From Candidatus Poribacteria bacterium (GTDB lineage Bacteria; Poribacteria; WGA-4E; PCPOR2b), in assembly GCA_965116925.1 (NCBI GenBank), contig OZ220744.1, positions 2,720,001-2,784,000 on the forward strand: 64,000 nt of DNA. The letters are read 5' to 3'. The notes under the pieces were generated by a model, which saw nothing but the letters and a program-made list of their open reading frames with translations, made no database searches and had not been told where the DNA came from. The position numbers were made by a program, and so were the translations under genes. Below are positions 1 to 10,930 of the stretch, in pieces; the stretch's first letter is position 1, and every line of letters begins with the position of its first letter.

Positions 1-366
1 TGTTGAGAAGATGTCGCCCGGCAACAGCAGGATAGGTATCCGATTGATGGTCGCACCGGCAGCGGCGGTCACCATGTTGGTCGCGCCAGGTCCAATCGAA
101 GAGGTACACGCAAAGGTGCGTAGGCGGTTGTTCATCTTCGCATACGCCGCAGCGGTATGCACCATCGCTTGCTCATTGCGGGTCTGATAGAACCGGAATG
201 AGTCTGCATATTGATGCAGTGCCTGACCCACTCCAGCGACGTTACCGTGTCCAAAGATGCCGAACATACCCCCAAAAAACTGATGTTCGATGCCATCGCG
301 TTCAACATATTGGTTTTTGAGAAATTCGACGACGGCTTGCCCCATCGTCAATCTTTGAGTTTTCAT
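1..366 (-). CDS. iolD: 3D-(3,5/4)-trihydroxycyclohexane-1,2-dione acylhydrolase, N-terminal part (runs off window)
   Basis: Manual translation from ATG at 366: MKTQRLTMGQAVVEFLKNQY..GIFGHGNVAG..RNEQAMVHTAAAYAK..TSSIGPGATNMVTAAA..LLLPGD. RBS AAGGAG upstream. Not in the ORF track. Confidence 0.92.
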   Translation of the reverse strand, partial: MKTQRLTMGQAVVEFLKNQYVERDGIEHQFFGGMFGIFGHGNVAGVGQALHQYADSFRFYQTRNEQAMVHTAAAYAKMNNRLRTFACTSSIGPGATNMVTAAAGATINRIPILLLPGDIFST

Positions 367-560
367 AGTTGTCTCCTTTATTTTACGCTGCAAGGCGGTA
401 TAATCCTCCGCCCGGAGTTGATACGAATAGATTCCACCTGCCACTGATTTTCCACCTTGATAGATTTTATCACACAATTGTTCTGTTGGGTAGAGGATAA
501 ATTCACACGACAGGAAAAAAGAGGGACATACTGAAGCAATTCACTAATCAACGTTTCGGT

Positions 561-584
561 GTCGAGATATGAATCTCGACCTAC
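561..584. repeat. GTAG-type REP hairpin family (representative copy)
   Basis: GTCGAGATATGAATCTCGACCTAC-like copies at 561, 22361, 29604, 36630, 38875, 51575 and 61784. Other GTAG-hairpin variants near 18005, 21129, 26073, 27378, 29508, 29744, 59415 and 60062. Confidence 0.88.
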
Positions 585-649
585 GGGTTCTGTTGACTTT
601 AGGCAAATTTGGTGAGAAAGCGAAGCATTGGGGGTGAGGTCGAGGGGGC

Positions 650-3085
650 CTACTTGAGGATGACCATCCGCCGTAATGCAGTGTAATCACCCGCATGGAT
701 TTGATAGAAATAGATGCCGCTCGCGACGGATTCTCCACTGTCGTTACGACCGTCCCAATAGGCTGCGTTTGCTCTATTTGTGTAATCCCCTGGGGATTGA
801 TATCCTAGATCCAATTGACGCACCGGCCCCCCTTTTGTATCATAAATGGTGAGGGTTACATTGGCGGTATGGGCGAGGCGATACGGTATCCATGTTTCGG
901 GATTGAACGGATTGGGGTAGTTTGGGAGGAGTGCGGTTTCGGCGGGAGTGAGTATAGCTAACAGTGTTTCGAGATTAGCGATACCGCGCCGGAAGGTGAG
1001 CGAGCCGTCATCTGCTATGTGTGCTATATCAATCCATTTCTGAACCGTTTTAGAAGTGATGGGAATACCCATCGGTGTAGAGAAAAACGATTGGTGCCCT
1101 TTAAGGACTACGGGTGCTGCAGGAGTTGCTGTTTCATCAAGGTATGCGCTGACGGCAACCAAATCAAGGATGTTAACGATGCCATCGCCGTTGACATCTC
1201 CCGATAGCTCTTTCCCTGTTTGTCCAAAGCGTTCTGCGACTGTAGCCAAATCAAGTAGATTTACGGCACCGTCTCGGTTGACATCATAGATGGATACCTG
1301 TATCGGTGTCCCTGTTAGAGGTGCGAGGTTCCACAAGAGTACTGTACCATCCTCACTCCCGCTTGCGAGTGTGTAACCGTCCGGACTAAATGTCACACTC
1401 AAGATAGAGTTTGTGTGTCCCGTGAAGGTAGCTTTGTGTTGTCCTGTGGCAACATCCCACAGCCGTACCGTGTTATCTGGTCGACCTGCACCACTTGCGA
1501 GCGTGGTGCCATCGGAACTGAATGCGACACTACTAACCCAACGCGTGTGACCCACGAGGGTGGCTGTGAGCTGTTTTGTTGGAACCTCCCATAGCTGTAT
1601 CGAACCCTCCCTACTCCAATCCCATATCCCACAAGCGAGTATCCTACCATCTGGACTGAACGCGACACTGCCGACGCGGCCCCTCTGCCCCATGAGGGTA
1701 GCTGTGTGCTGTCCTGTAGTAACCTCCCACAAATGCACCGTGTTGTCCTTGCTTCCACTTGCCAATATAGCTCCATCTGGACTGAATGCTACGCTTAAAA
1801 TCGCGTCTCCGTGCCCGGTGAGGGTGGTTTGGAGCTGCCCTGTGGCAGCGTTCCACAATCGCACCGTGTCATCCTCATCCCCGCTGGCGAGTATAGTACC
1901 ATCTGGACTGAATGCTACACTATTGACAACGTCTGTATGTTCCGGGAGAGTGACTGTGAGTTGACCTGTGGCAACATTCCACAGCCGCACCGTGTCGTCA
2001 CGGCCTCCACTTGCGAGTGTGGTGCCGTCCGGATGGAACGCTACACTGTTGACTCCGTCCGCATGGCCTGCGAGGGTGGCTTTATGTCTTCCTGCCTCTA
2101 CCTCCCACAGTCGTATCCTGCCGTCTAGCCAACCTCCCCCAGCCACCAACGTGGCACCATCTGGACTGAACGCGACACTGCTGACACGGTGCGTATGCTC
2201 TCTGAGGATGGTTCTCGGTTTCCACGTATCTACATCACGCAGCCATACCGTGTTGTCTTGACTTGCAGTTGCCAACGTGGTGCCGTCCGGACTGAACAGG
2301 ACAGTGTTGATAAAGTCCGCATGCCCTGCGAGAGTCGTTTTGAGTTGTTTTGTGGCAACATCCCACAGTCGTACTATGCTCTCCGACGCACTTCCCGTGG
2401 TTGCCAGCGTTGTACCATCCGGACGGAATGCTACATTTGAAACTGAACCTATATGACCCGTGGGAATGGCTATGGACTGACCTGTGGCAAGATCCCACAA
2501 CCTCACTGTCTGATCGTAACTCCCACTTGCTAATGTGTTACCATCCGGACTGAACGCAACACTCCTGATAGCGTCTGTATGCCCCGTGAGGGTGGCTATG
2601 GACAGACCTGTGGCAACATCCCACAACCGCACTGTCTTGTCACTAGCTCCACTTGCGAGCATCGTGCCATCCGGACTAAACGCTACGCTATAGATATGGT
2701 CGGTATGCCCCGTGAGGGTGGCTTTGAGCTGCATTGTAGCAACGTCCCAGATTTGCACTGTGCTATCTTTTCCAGCCGAACTCTCTGCTATGCTTGCGAG
2801 TATCGTACCATCTGGACTGAGTGCGACGCTCGAAACTCCTATAAGGAGGTCAAGTGCTGTGCCAGTATCGGTATCGTAGATCCATGTCCCAATAGAGCTT
2901 GCAACCGCCAAACGATTCCCATCGGGGAAATACGCTATCTTTCCAGTGATCCAACCCTGTCCCAAACGCCCTTTGGCACCATCGGGTAAACTCCATGTGG
3001 TGTAGTTTTGAGCATAGGTATTTGGTAGGAATGCAAGTACTCCGAAGGAGAGGAGCATGAGTATAGAAAATTGTGCTGTTTTCAT
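650..3085 (-). CDS. Secreted WD40-repeat protein with dockerin-like pair and C-terminal FlgD-Ig/T9SS-like sorting domain (paralogue A)
   Basis: Signal peptide. About 13 GH..SVAFSPDG..LASG..D.TVRLWD repeats. DVNRDG/DVNGDG dockerin-like motifs. NYPNPFNPETWIPY..WDGRN..G.YFY tail. Confidence 0.92.
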   Translation of the reverse strand: MKTAQFSILMLLSFGVLAFLPNTYAQNYTTWSLPDGAKGRLGQGWITGKIAYFPDGNRLAVASSIGTWIYDTDTGTALDLLIGVSSVALSPDGTILASIAESSAGKDSTVQIWDVATMQLKATLTGHTDHIYSVAFSPDGTMLASGASDKTVRLWDVATGLSIATLTGHTDAIRSVAFSPDGNTLASGSYDQTVRLWDLATGQSIAIPTGHIGSVSNVAFRPDGTTLATTGSASESIVRLWDVATKQLKTTLAGHADFINTVLFSPDGTTLATASQDNTVWLRDVDTWKPRTILREHTHRVSSVAFSPDGATLVAGGGWLDGRIRLWEVEAGRHKATLAGHADGVNSVAFHPDGTTLASGGRDDTVRLWNVATGQLTVTLPEHTDVVNSVAFSPDGTILASGDEDDTVRLWNAATGQLQTTLTGHGDAILSVAFSPDGAILASGSKDNTVHLWEVTTGQHTATLMGQRGRVGSVAFSPDGRILACGIWDWSREGSIQLWEVPTKQLTATLVGHTRWVSSVAFSSDGTTLASGAGRPDNTVRLWDVATGQHKATFTGHTNSILSVTFSPDGYTLASGSEDGTVLLWNLAPLTGTPIQVSIYDVNRDGAVNLLDLATVAERFGQTGKELSGDVNGDGIVNILDLVAVSAYLDETATPAAPVVLKGHQSFFSTPMGIPITSKTVQKWIDIAHIADDGSLTFRRGIANLETLLAILTPAETALLPNYPNPFNPETWIPYRLAHTANVTLTIYDTKGGPVRQLDLGYQSPGDYTNRANAAYWDGRNDSGESVASGIYFYQIHAGDYTALRRMVILK
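885..1387. repeat. ~500-bp near-identical direct repeat, second copy at 5929..6431
   Basis: Direct comparison by eye shows only scattered substitutions across the last WD repeat, dockerin and linker of paralogues A and A'. Confidence 0.9.
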
Positions 3086-3122
3086 CAGTTAGATTCCTCC
3101 CTATAGATTACGGGTGTCGATC

Positions 3123-5657
3123 CTACTTCAAAATAAGCATCTTACGCGTTGCGGAGTAATTCCCTGCGGACAGACTGTAGAAGTAAACGCCGCTTGCGAC
3201 CGGCTCTCCCGTCTCTGCTCTACCGTCCCAATAGGCTGCCTTTGCGCGATCCGTGTAATACCCCGCGGACTGGTGTCCCAGATCCAACCGACGCACCGGC
3301 ACGCCTTTTGTGTCATAAATCGTGAGGGTTACGTCGGCGGCGTGGGCGAGCTGGTACGGAATCCATGTCTCAGGATTAAATGGATTGGGATAGTTGGACA
3401 ACAAATTGGAGACTCTCGGAACGGAGACAAGCTCTTGCGATGGCAGTGCCGCTAGGAGTTGTTCAAGAACGGGAATGCCGCGCTGATAGATGAGCGAACC
3501 GTCATCTGCTGCGTGAGCCATATTGATCCACCCCTGAATCGTATCTCGGTTGAGATTTAATAGGTTCCGTTTCTTTCCTTTATCAGGGAACAGAAATGCG
3601 GTTGGCGCAGTGGGAATCATCGTTTCGCTAAACACGGCAGCAACCTTGACAAGATCGAGAATATCAACAACACCATCTCCGTTGACATCGGCATCATTCT
3701 GCCCTGTTTGTCCCAGGTTTGATCCCACGAACATCAAATCCAAAATATTCACCATATCATCGTGGTTGACATCTCCGGGTTTCGTTCTAGGGGTGAACTC
3801 CCATAGGAGCACTGTGCCGTCATAACTCCCACTTGCGAGCAAGGTGCCAGCCGGATTAAACACGACACTCCGGACACTGACCGTATGCCCTATAAAGGTG
3901 GCTTGAAGTCGCCCGGTGGCAACGTCCCATAGTCGCACCATTTTATCCCGTCCCCCACTTGCGAGTGTCCGACCATCCGGGCTGAACGCGATACTAGCGA
4001 CATCGTAGGTGTTTCCTGCAAGAGTCGCTTTGAGTTGCCCGGTGGCAACGTCCCACAGTCCCACCGTTTTGTCTTGGCTTCCACTTGCTATCATGGTGCC
4101 ATCTGGACTGAACGCTATATCCCAGATAAAGGGTCTATACCCCATGAGCGTAGTTTTGAGTTGCCCCGTGACAGGATTCCACAACCGGATTGTATTCTCT
4201 GTGCTCCCAGCTGCGAGAATGGTGCCATCTGGGCTAAACGCTACGCTCGTGATAGTCGCTATTCCCCATGTAAAAGTGGCGCGCTGCTGCCCGGTGGGGA
4301 CATCCCAAAGGCGCAACGTCCTATCCCAGTGTCCATTTGCCGTAGCAAGCGTGTTGCCATCGGGACTGAACGCTACACTGTTGATACCATACGTATGCCC
4401 GATGAAGATGGTTTTGAGTTGCCCGGTGGCGACGTCCCACAGCCGTGCTGTGTAGTCTACACTTCCACTCGCAAGTGTGTTTCCATCCGGACTGAACGCT
4501 ATCGTCCGAACAGTGTCTGTATGTCCCTTGAGGATACCTTTGGGGTTCCATGTCGCAGTATCCCATAGCTGCACTACATTGCCGCTCCCACCTGCGAGTG
4601 TAGTACCATCTGGACTAAACACTATATTTGAACTGCTACTCTTATGCTCTGCGAAGATAGCTTTGAATTGCCCTGCGGCAACATCCCACAGTTTTATCAC
4701 CCCGCCACTTCCGGTTGCGAGTGTGCTACCATCCGGACTGAACGCTAGACTTTCAGGCCCACCCATGTGCCCTGTAAGGGTGGCTTTCAATTCCCCCGTG
4801 GTTACATCCCACAGTCGTATCGTATCGTCGCGCCAACCGCCCCCACTCGCCAGCGTGTTTCCATCCGGGCTAAATGCAATACTATCGACACTGCCCACAT
4901 GTCCAGTGAGGGTGGCTTTATGTTGTCCTGTCTGCATATCCCACAGCCGCACTGTCTCGTCAACACTTCCGGTTGCGAGTGTGTTTCCATCTGGACTGAA
5001 CGCGGCACTATAGACGCTTTCCTTATGCCCCGTAAGGGTGGCCTTTAACGCTCCTGTGGTTGCAGTCCACAGCCGCACTGTCTTGTCACTACTTCCAGTT
5101 GCGAGTGTGGTGCCGTCCGGGCTAAATGCGACACCATAGACACCGCGTGTATGCCCAGTGAAGGTGGCTTTGTGTTGTCCTGTCCGCGCATTCCATAGCC
5201 GTACTGTCTTGTCACCACTCCCACTTGCGAGTGTGGTGCTATCCGGACTAAAGGCCATATCTGAGATACCGCTTGTATGTCCTGTGAGAGCGGCTTTGAT
5301 CTCCCATGTTGCAACATCCCATAAGCGTATTGTTCTGTCACTCCATCTGCCCCCACTCGCCAGCGTGTTGCCATCGGGACTGAACGCTAAACTCTCGATC
5401 TGCGTCGTATGCCCCGTGAGCAGCTCCAGTTCTGCCCCGGTGTGTACATCGTATATCCAAACCCCGATAGAAGCCCCCACTGCCAAGACTTTCCCGTCCG
5501 GCGAATACGCTATATCATATATCCCGCCTTTACCGAGGCGCACCTTGGCTCCTGTGGGTAGATGCCATTGAGGCGAATCTTGGGCGTAAATATTCGATAA
5601 GAACACGAACGTTCCCAAAGAGAGAAGCAAGAATATGGAAAATTGTGCTGTTTTCAT
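3123..5657 (-). CDS. Secreted WD40-repeat/dockerin/FlgD-Ig protein (paralogue B)
   Basis: Same architecture as paralogue A; RBS GGAGG upstream. Confidence 0.92.
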   Translation of the reverse strand: MKTAQFSIFLLLSLGTFVFLSNIYAQDSPQWHLPTGAKVRLGKGGIYDIAYSPDGKVLAVGASIGVWIYDVHTGAELELLTGHTTQIESLAFSPDGNTLASGGRWSDRTIRLWDVATWEIKAALTGHTSGISDMAFSPDSTTLASGSGDKTVRLWNARTGQHKATFTGHTRGVYGVAFSPDGTTLATGSSDKTVRLWTATTGALKATLTGHKESVYSAAFSPDGNTLATGSVDETVRLWDMQTGQHKATLTGHVGSVDSIAFSPDGNTLASGGGWRDDTIRLWDVTTGELKATLTGHMGGPESLAFSPDGSTLATGSGGVIKLWDVAAGQFKAIFAEHKSSSSNIVFSPDGTTLAGGSGNVVQLWDTATWNPKGILKGHTDTVRTIAFSPDGNTLASGSVDYTARLWDVATGQLKTIFIGHTYGINSVAFSPDGNTLATANGHWDRTLRLWDVPTGQQRATFTWGIATITSVAFSPDGTILAAGSTENTIRLWNPVTGQLKTTLMGYRPFIWDIAFSPDGTMIASGSQDKTVGLWDVATGQLKATLAGNTYDVASIAFSPDGRTLASGGRDKMVRLWDVATGRLQATFIGHTVSVRSVVFNPAGTLLASGSYDGTVLLWEFTPRTKPGDVNHDDMVNILDLMFVGSNLGQTGQNDADVNGDGVVDILDLVKVAAVFSETMIPTAPTAFLFPDKGKKRNLLNLNRDTIQGWINMAHAADDGSLIYQRGIPVLEQLLAALPSQELVSVPRVSNLLSNYPNPFNPETWIPYQLAHAADVTLTIYDTKGVPVRRLDLGHQSAGYYTDRAKAAYWDGRAETGEPVASGVYFYSLSAGNYSATRKMLILK

Positions 5658-5693
5658 TAGTCTAATTCCTCCACATAGATTACGGTGCCAATC

Positions 5694-8312
5694 CTACTTC
5701 AAAATAAGCATCTTGCGCGTTACGGAGTAATTCCCTGCGGACAGGTTGTAGAAGTAAACTCCACTTACTACCGGTTCTCTGCTGTCGTTACGACCGTCCC
5801 AATAGGCTGCCTTTGCGCGATTCGTGTAATAACCCGCGGGTTGGTATCCCAGATCCAACTGCCGCACTAGCACACCCTTTGTATCGTAAATGGTGAGGGT
5901 TACGTCGGCGTCATGGGCAAGATGATATGGTATCCATGTTTCGGGATTGAACGGATTGGGGTAGTTTGGAAGGAGTGCGGTTTCGGCGGGAGTGAGTATA
6001 GCTAACAATGCTTCAAGATTAGTGATACCGCGCCGGAAGGTGAGCGAGCCGTCATCTGCTATGTGTGCTATATCAATCCATTTCTGAACCGTTTTAGAAG
6101 TGATGGGAATACCCATCGGTGTAGAGAAAAACGATTGGTGTCCTTTAAGGACTACGGGTGCTGCAGAAGTTGCTGTTTCATCAAGGTGTGCGCTGACGGC
6201 AACCAAATCAAGGATGTTAACGATGCCATCGCCGTTGACATCTCCCGATAGCTCTTTCCCTGTTTGTCCAAAGCGTTCTGCGACTGTAGTCAAATCAAGT
6301 AGATTTACACCACCGTCTCGGTTGACATCATAGATGGATACCTGTATCGGTGTCCCTGTTAGAGGTGCGAGGTTCCACAAGAGTACTGTACCATCCTCAC
6401 TCCCGCTTGCGAGTGTGTAACCGTCCGGACTGAACGCAACGCTACTGACCTCCTCCGTATGCCCCGTGAAGGTGGTTATGAGTTCCCGTGTGGCAACGTC
6501 CCACAGCTGCACCGTGGCTTCCGTGTCCCAATCTCCATGTCCACTTGCGAGTGTGTTACCATCCGGACTAAACGCGACACTGTTGGCAGAACTTTTATCC
6601 CCCGTAAGAGTGACAATGAGTTTTCTTGTGGCAATATCCCACAGCTGTACTGTGCCATCTGTACCCCAATCCCCATCCCCACTCGCGCTGGCGAGTATGT
6701 TACCATCTGGACTGAACGCGACACTGTTGACAGGATTTTTATTCGCCCTGAGCGTTGCTACGAGTTGCCTTGCGGCAACATCCCACAGTTGTATATTACG
6801 GTCCCGAATCCCAGCTGCGAGTATGGTGCCATCCGGGCTGAACGCAACCGCTCTAACACCGTGCGTGGCACCCATGAGGGTTGCTTTGAGACGACCTGTA
6901 TCTGTGTCCCACAGTCGTATTGCGATGTCTTGCTTCTCACTGCTAGTGGTGTTGCCTCCCCAACCTCCGGCAGTGACAAGTGTGGTGCCGTCCGGGTTGA
7001 AAGCGATACTTAAGATAGAATTCGTGTGTCCTGTAATGGTGCTTTTGAGTTGTCCCGTATCTGTGTCCCACAATCGTATCCTGTTGTATCGTGAATCTCC
7101 ACTTGTGTTGTCGTAACCTGCCGTTGCCAGCGTATTGCCATCTGGACTAAACGCAACGCTGCTGACACCCTCCGAATGCCCGCCGAAGGTCGTTTTGCGA
7201 TGTCCTGTCTTTATGTCCCACAGTAGCACTTTATTGTTTGGCCAACCTCCCCCGCTTGCCAGCATAGTGCCATCTGGACTGAACGCTATACTGGTAATAC
7301 CGTCTGTGTACTCCCTAAGGATGGCTTTCGGTTTCCACGTAGCAACATCCCGCAGCCACACCGTGTTGTCCCAACTCCCACTTGCCAGCGTATTGCCATC
7401 TGGACTGAACGCTACACTGCTGATAAAGTCTGCCTGTCCTGCAAGGGTGGTTCTGTGTTGTCCTGTTTCCGCATCCCAAAGTTGTACCGTTTGATCCCAG
7501 CTCCCACTTGTGAGTGTGTTACCATCCGGACTGAACGCCACACTTAAAACCGGCCTCGTATGCCCCTTGAGAGTCGCTTTGGACTGACCTGTACGTGCAT
7601 ACCACAACCGTACCGTGTTGTCCCAACTCCCACTTGCCAGCGTATTGCCATCCGGACTGAACACTACACTATTGATATGGTCAGTATGCCCCGTGAGGGT
7701 GGCTTTAGACAGACCTGTATCAACATCCCACAACCACACCGTTTTGTTGTCATCTCCACTTGCTAGTATACTGCCATCTGGACTGAATGCGACACTTGTG
7801 ACTGCTCCTGTATGCCCTGTGAGAGTGGTTTTGTGTTGCCCTGTGTCAACATCCCACAGTTGTACTGTTAGGTCATTCCCGATTGCGAGCGTGTTGCCAT
7901 CCGGACTGAACGCCACACCTTCGACATAATCTGTCTGTCCTGTGAAGGTAGCTTTGTGCTGCCCGGTCCGCACATCCCACAGTTTCACCATGTTGTCGTC
8001 CCAATTCCCAGTTGCGAGTGTGTCACCATCCGGACTGAACGCGATATCTGATATATAGACAGGGCTCGTAATGAGGTCAAGTGCTGTGTTAGTAGCGGCA
8101 TCATATATCCAAATTCCAATAGTACTCACAACTGCCAGACGACTGCCATCGGGGGAATACGCCATCGTCCCAATTGTCCGACCTTTACCCAAACGCCCTT
8201 TGGCACCATCAGGTAAACTCCATGTGGTGTAGTCTTGGGCGTAGGTATTTGGCAAGAACATCAGTGTTTCTAAAGAGAAAAGAATGAGCATGGAAAATTG
8301 TACTGTTTTCAT
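5694..8312 (-). CDS. Secreted WD40-repeat/dockerin/FlgD-Ig protein (paralogue A')
   Basis: Same architecture; N-terminus and dockerin region nearly identical to 650..3085. Confidence 0.92.
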   Translation of the reverse strand: MKTVQFSMLILFSLETLMFLPNTYAQDYTTWSLPDGAKGRLGKGRTIGTMAYSPDGSRLAVVSTIGIWIYDAATNTALDLITSPVYISDIAFSPDGDTLATGNWDDNMVKLWDVRTGQHKATFTGQTDYVEGVAFSPDGNTLAIGNDLTVQLWDVDTGQHKTTLTGHTGAVTSVAFSPDGSILASGDDNKTVWLWDVDTGLSKATLTGHTDHINSVVFSPDGNTLASGSWDNTVRLWYARTGQSKATLKGHTRPVLSVAFSPDGNTLTSGSWDQTVQLWDAETGQHRTTLAGQADFISSVAFSPDGNTLASGSWDNTVWLRDVATWKPKAILREYTDGITSIAFSPDGTMLASGGGWPNNKVLLWDIKTGHRKTTFGGHSEGVSSVAFSPDGNTLATAGYDNTSGDSRYNRIRLWDTDTGQLKSTITGHTNSILSIAFNPDGTTLVTAGGWGGNTTSSEKQDIAIRLWDTDTGRLKATLMGATHGVRAVAFSPDGTILAAGIRDRNIQLWDVAARQLVATLRANKNPVNSVAFSPDGNILASASGDGDWGTDGTVQLWDIATRKLIVTLTGDKSSANSVAFSPDGNTLASGHGDWDTEATVQLWDVATRELITTFTGHTEEVSSVAFSPDGYTLASGSEDGTVLLWNLAPLTGTPIQVSIYDVNRDGGVNLLDLTTVAERFGQTGKELSGDVNGDGIVNILDLVAVSAHLDETATSAAPVVLKGHQSFFSTPMGIPITSKTVQKWIDIAHIADDGSLTFRRGITNLEALLAILTPAETALLPNYPNPFNPETWIPYHLAHDADVTLTIYDTKGVLVRQLDLGYQPAGYYTNRAKAAYWDGRNDSREPVVSGVYFYNLSAGNYSVTRKMLILK

Positions 8313-8349
8313 CAGTTAGATCCTCCTATACGAATTATCGCCAGTATAC

Positions 8350-10899
8350 TTACTTCAAGATAAGCATCTTGCGCGTTGCGGAGTAATCCCCTGCCGACAG
8401 GCTGTAGAGGTAGATCCCACTCGCCGCTGGTTCTCCCGTCTCTAATCTGCCATCCCAATAAGCTGCCTTTGCCCGATCTGTGTAATCCCCCGCAGGCTGA
8501 TACCCCAGATCGAATTGACGTACCACCGCGCCTTTTGTGTCATAAATGGTGAGCGTCACATCGGCATCCTTGGCAAGGTGATACGGTATCCACGTTTCCG
8601 GATTGAACGGGTTAGGATAGTTGGGCAATAGGTCGGAGACTCTCGGAACGGAGACAGTTTCCTGCGGTGGTAATGCTGCTAGGAGTTGTTCAAGGACAGG
8701 GATGCCGCGCCGATAGACGAGCGAGTTGTCATTTGCTGCATGAGCCATATCAATCCACTCTTGGACTACCTCTCGGTTGAGATTCGACGAACCGTCTCTC
8801 TCCGCGCGTGTAGGGGACAGGAATGCGATTGGTGCGGTGGGAATCGTCGTTTCGCTAAACAGGGCAGCAACCTTGACGAGATCCAGAATATCAACAACGC
8901 CATCCCCATTGACATCGGCGTTATTCTGCCCTGTTTGTCCTAGGTTTGATCCAACGGATGTCAGATCCAAAATGTTCACCGCACCATCGTGATTGACATC
9001 TCCGGGTTTCATTGAGGGAGTGAACTCCCATAGGAGTACCGTACCGTCATAACTTCCACTCGCGAGTGTGGTGCTATCCGGACTGAACGCCACACTTGAG
9101 ACCGCACTCTTGTGCCCTATAAGGGTGGTTTGAAGTTGTCCGGTGGGGACATCCCACAACCTCACCATCTTGTCATCACCTCCGGTTGCCAGCGTCCTGC
9201 CATCTGGACTGAACGCCACACTAAAGGCATTGTACGTATGTCCTATAAGGGTGGCTTTAAGTTGCCCTGAAGGGACATCCCATAGCCACACCGTACTGTC
9301 ACGACTCGCAGTTACATAGTCCTGACTCCCGGCTGCCAATGTTCTGCCATCTGGGCTGAACGCTATCTCTCTGATATAGTCTCTAGGTCCCGTGAGCGTC
9401 GCTTTGTGCTCCCCTGTGATTGGGTCCCACAGTTGGATTGCTTTGTCTAAACCTGCAGCTGCGAGGAAGGTGCCATCTGGGCTAAACGCCACACTGAAGA
9501 TATCCGATCTGTTCCACATGAAGGTGGCGTATTGTTGCCCTGTGGCAACATTCCACAGGCGCAATGTCCTGTCCCAGTATCCGTTTGCAGTGGCAAGCGT
9601 GTTTCCATCTGGACTGAACGCTACGGTATCGACCGTGTATGTATGCCCAATAAGGACGGTTTTGAGTTGCTCGGTAGCAGTGTCCCACAGTCGCACCGTG
9701 TAGTCTGCACTTCCACTCGCCAGTGTATGACCATCGGGACTGAATGCCATACTATAGACGGTTCCCGAATGTCCAGTGAGGGTGGATTTGGGGGTCCATG
9801 TCGCAACATCCCATAGCTGTATCTCGCTTCCACCTGCACTTGCGAACGTAGTGCCATCCGGATTGAATGCTATTCTTGAACCACCGCCTGTATGTTCTGC
9901 GAAAGTTGTTTTGAATTGCCACGTTGTAGCATCCCACAGTTGCACCTGATTACCGGTCGCACTTGCGAGTGTCGTACCGTCGGGACTGAATGCTAGACTG
10001 CCAATACTACCTGTCTGTCTTGTAAGGGTAGCTTTTAGCGCTCCATTTCTGTCCCACAGCCGTATCGTCTCGTCGCCGCTTCCGCTTACTAGGGTCTGCC
10101 CATCGGGACTGAATGCTAGACTACCAACCCCGTCTGTATGTCCTTCGAGGGTGACTATGGCGTTCCCTGTCCGCGCGTCCCATAGCCGTACCGTTTTGTC
10201 CCTACCCCCACTTGCGAGCGTGATTCCATCCGGACTGAATGCCAAACTTGAAACCGTGCTCATATGTCCTTTAAGGACAGCTTTTGTATCTTCCGTGGTC
10301 GTATCCCATAACCGTATTGTGTCGTCACCCCATCCTCCTCCACTTGCTACAGTGGTACTATCCGGACTGAACGCTACACTTTCAATCCAACGACTGTGCC
10401 CTGTCAGGGTGGCTATGGGTTGTCCTGTCCGCGCATCCCACAGTCGTACCGTTTTGTCCGTACTCCCACTTGCCAACGTAGTACCATCCGGACTAAACGC
10501 TACACTTGAAATCGCACTCGTATGCCTTGTCAGGGTGGCTATGGGTTTCCATGTTGCGACATCCCACAGTCGAACTGTCTCATCGTCCCAACTTCCTGAA
10601 CTTGCGAGCGTGGTACCATCCGGGCTGAACGCTACACTCTCGACTTCGGAAGTATGCTCTGTCAGCAGAGCAAGTTCTGCTCCGCTGTGTACATCGTACA
10701 CCCAGATTCCGATAGCGGTTCCAACTGCCAAGAGATTTCCGTCCGGCGAATACGCGATATCGCTTATCCAGCCTTTGCCAAGCCGCGCTTTAGCTTCCTT
10801 GGGTAGATGCCATTGCGGGGAATCTTGGGCGAAGGTGCTTGATACAAACAGAATGGAGATGAACAATAGGTTGAAGCCAAAAAACATTCCCTTTTTCAT
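8350..10899 (-). CDS. Secreted WD40-repeat/dockerin/FlgD-Ig protein (paralogue B')
   Basis: Same architecture. Start reassigned to ATG 10899 (MKKGMFF signal peptide, RBS AAGGAGG). Confidence 0.92.
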   Translation of the reverse strand: MKKGMFFGFNLLFISILFVSSTFAQDSPQWHLPKEAKARLGKGWISDIAYSPDGNLLAVGTAIGIWVYDVHSGAELALLTEHTSEVESVAFSPDGTTLASSGSWDDETVRLWDVATWKPIATLTRHTSAISSVAFSPDGTTLASGSTDKTVRLWDARTGQPIATLTGHSRWIESVAFSPDSTTVASGGGWGDDTIRLWDTTTEDTKAVLKGHMSTVSSLAFSPDGITLASGGRDKTVRLWDARTGNAIVTLEGHTDGVGSLAFSPDGQTLVSGSGDETIRLWDRNGALKATLTRQTGSIGSLAFSPDGTTLASATGNQVQLWDATTWQFKTTFAEHTGGGSRIAFNPDGTTFASAGGSEIQLWDVATWTPKSTLTGHSGTVYSMAFSPDGHTLASGSADYTVRLWDTATEQLKTVLIGHTYTVDTVAFSPDGNTLATANGYWDRTLRLWNVATGQQYATFMWNRSDIFSVAFSPDGTFLAAAGLDKAIQLWDPITGEHKATLTGPRDYIREIAFSPDGRTLAAGSQDYVTASRDSTVWLWDVPSGQLKATLIGHTYNAFSVAFSPDGRTLATGGDDKMVRLWDVPTGQLQTTLIGHKSAVSSVAFSPDSTTLASGSYDGTVLLWEFTPSMKPGDVNHDGAVNILDLTSVGSNLGQTGQNNADVNGDGVVDILDLVKVAALFSETTIPTAPIAFLSPTRAERDGSSNLNREVVQEWIDMAHAANDNSLVYRRGIPVLEQLLAALPPQETVSVPRVSDLLPNYPNPFNPETWIPYHLAKDADVTLTIYDTKGAVVRQFDLGYQPAGDYTDRAKAAYWDGRLETGEPAASGIYLYSLSAGDYSATRKMLILK

Positions 10900-10930
10900 G
10901 AGGTTTAACCTCCTTGTTCTGTGACTGTTC

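Noticed and set aside
885..6431. Near-identical repeat pair as a DGR template/variable region
   Set aside because: No reverse transcriptase in the window, both copies are coding, and mismatches are not confined to adenines.
1019..10924. Many 60-260 aa plus-strand ORFs over the WD40 genes
   Set aside because: Antisense shadows of repetitive coding sequence.
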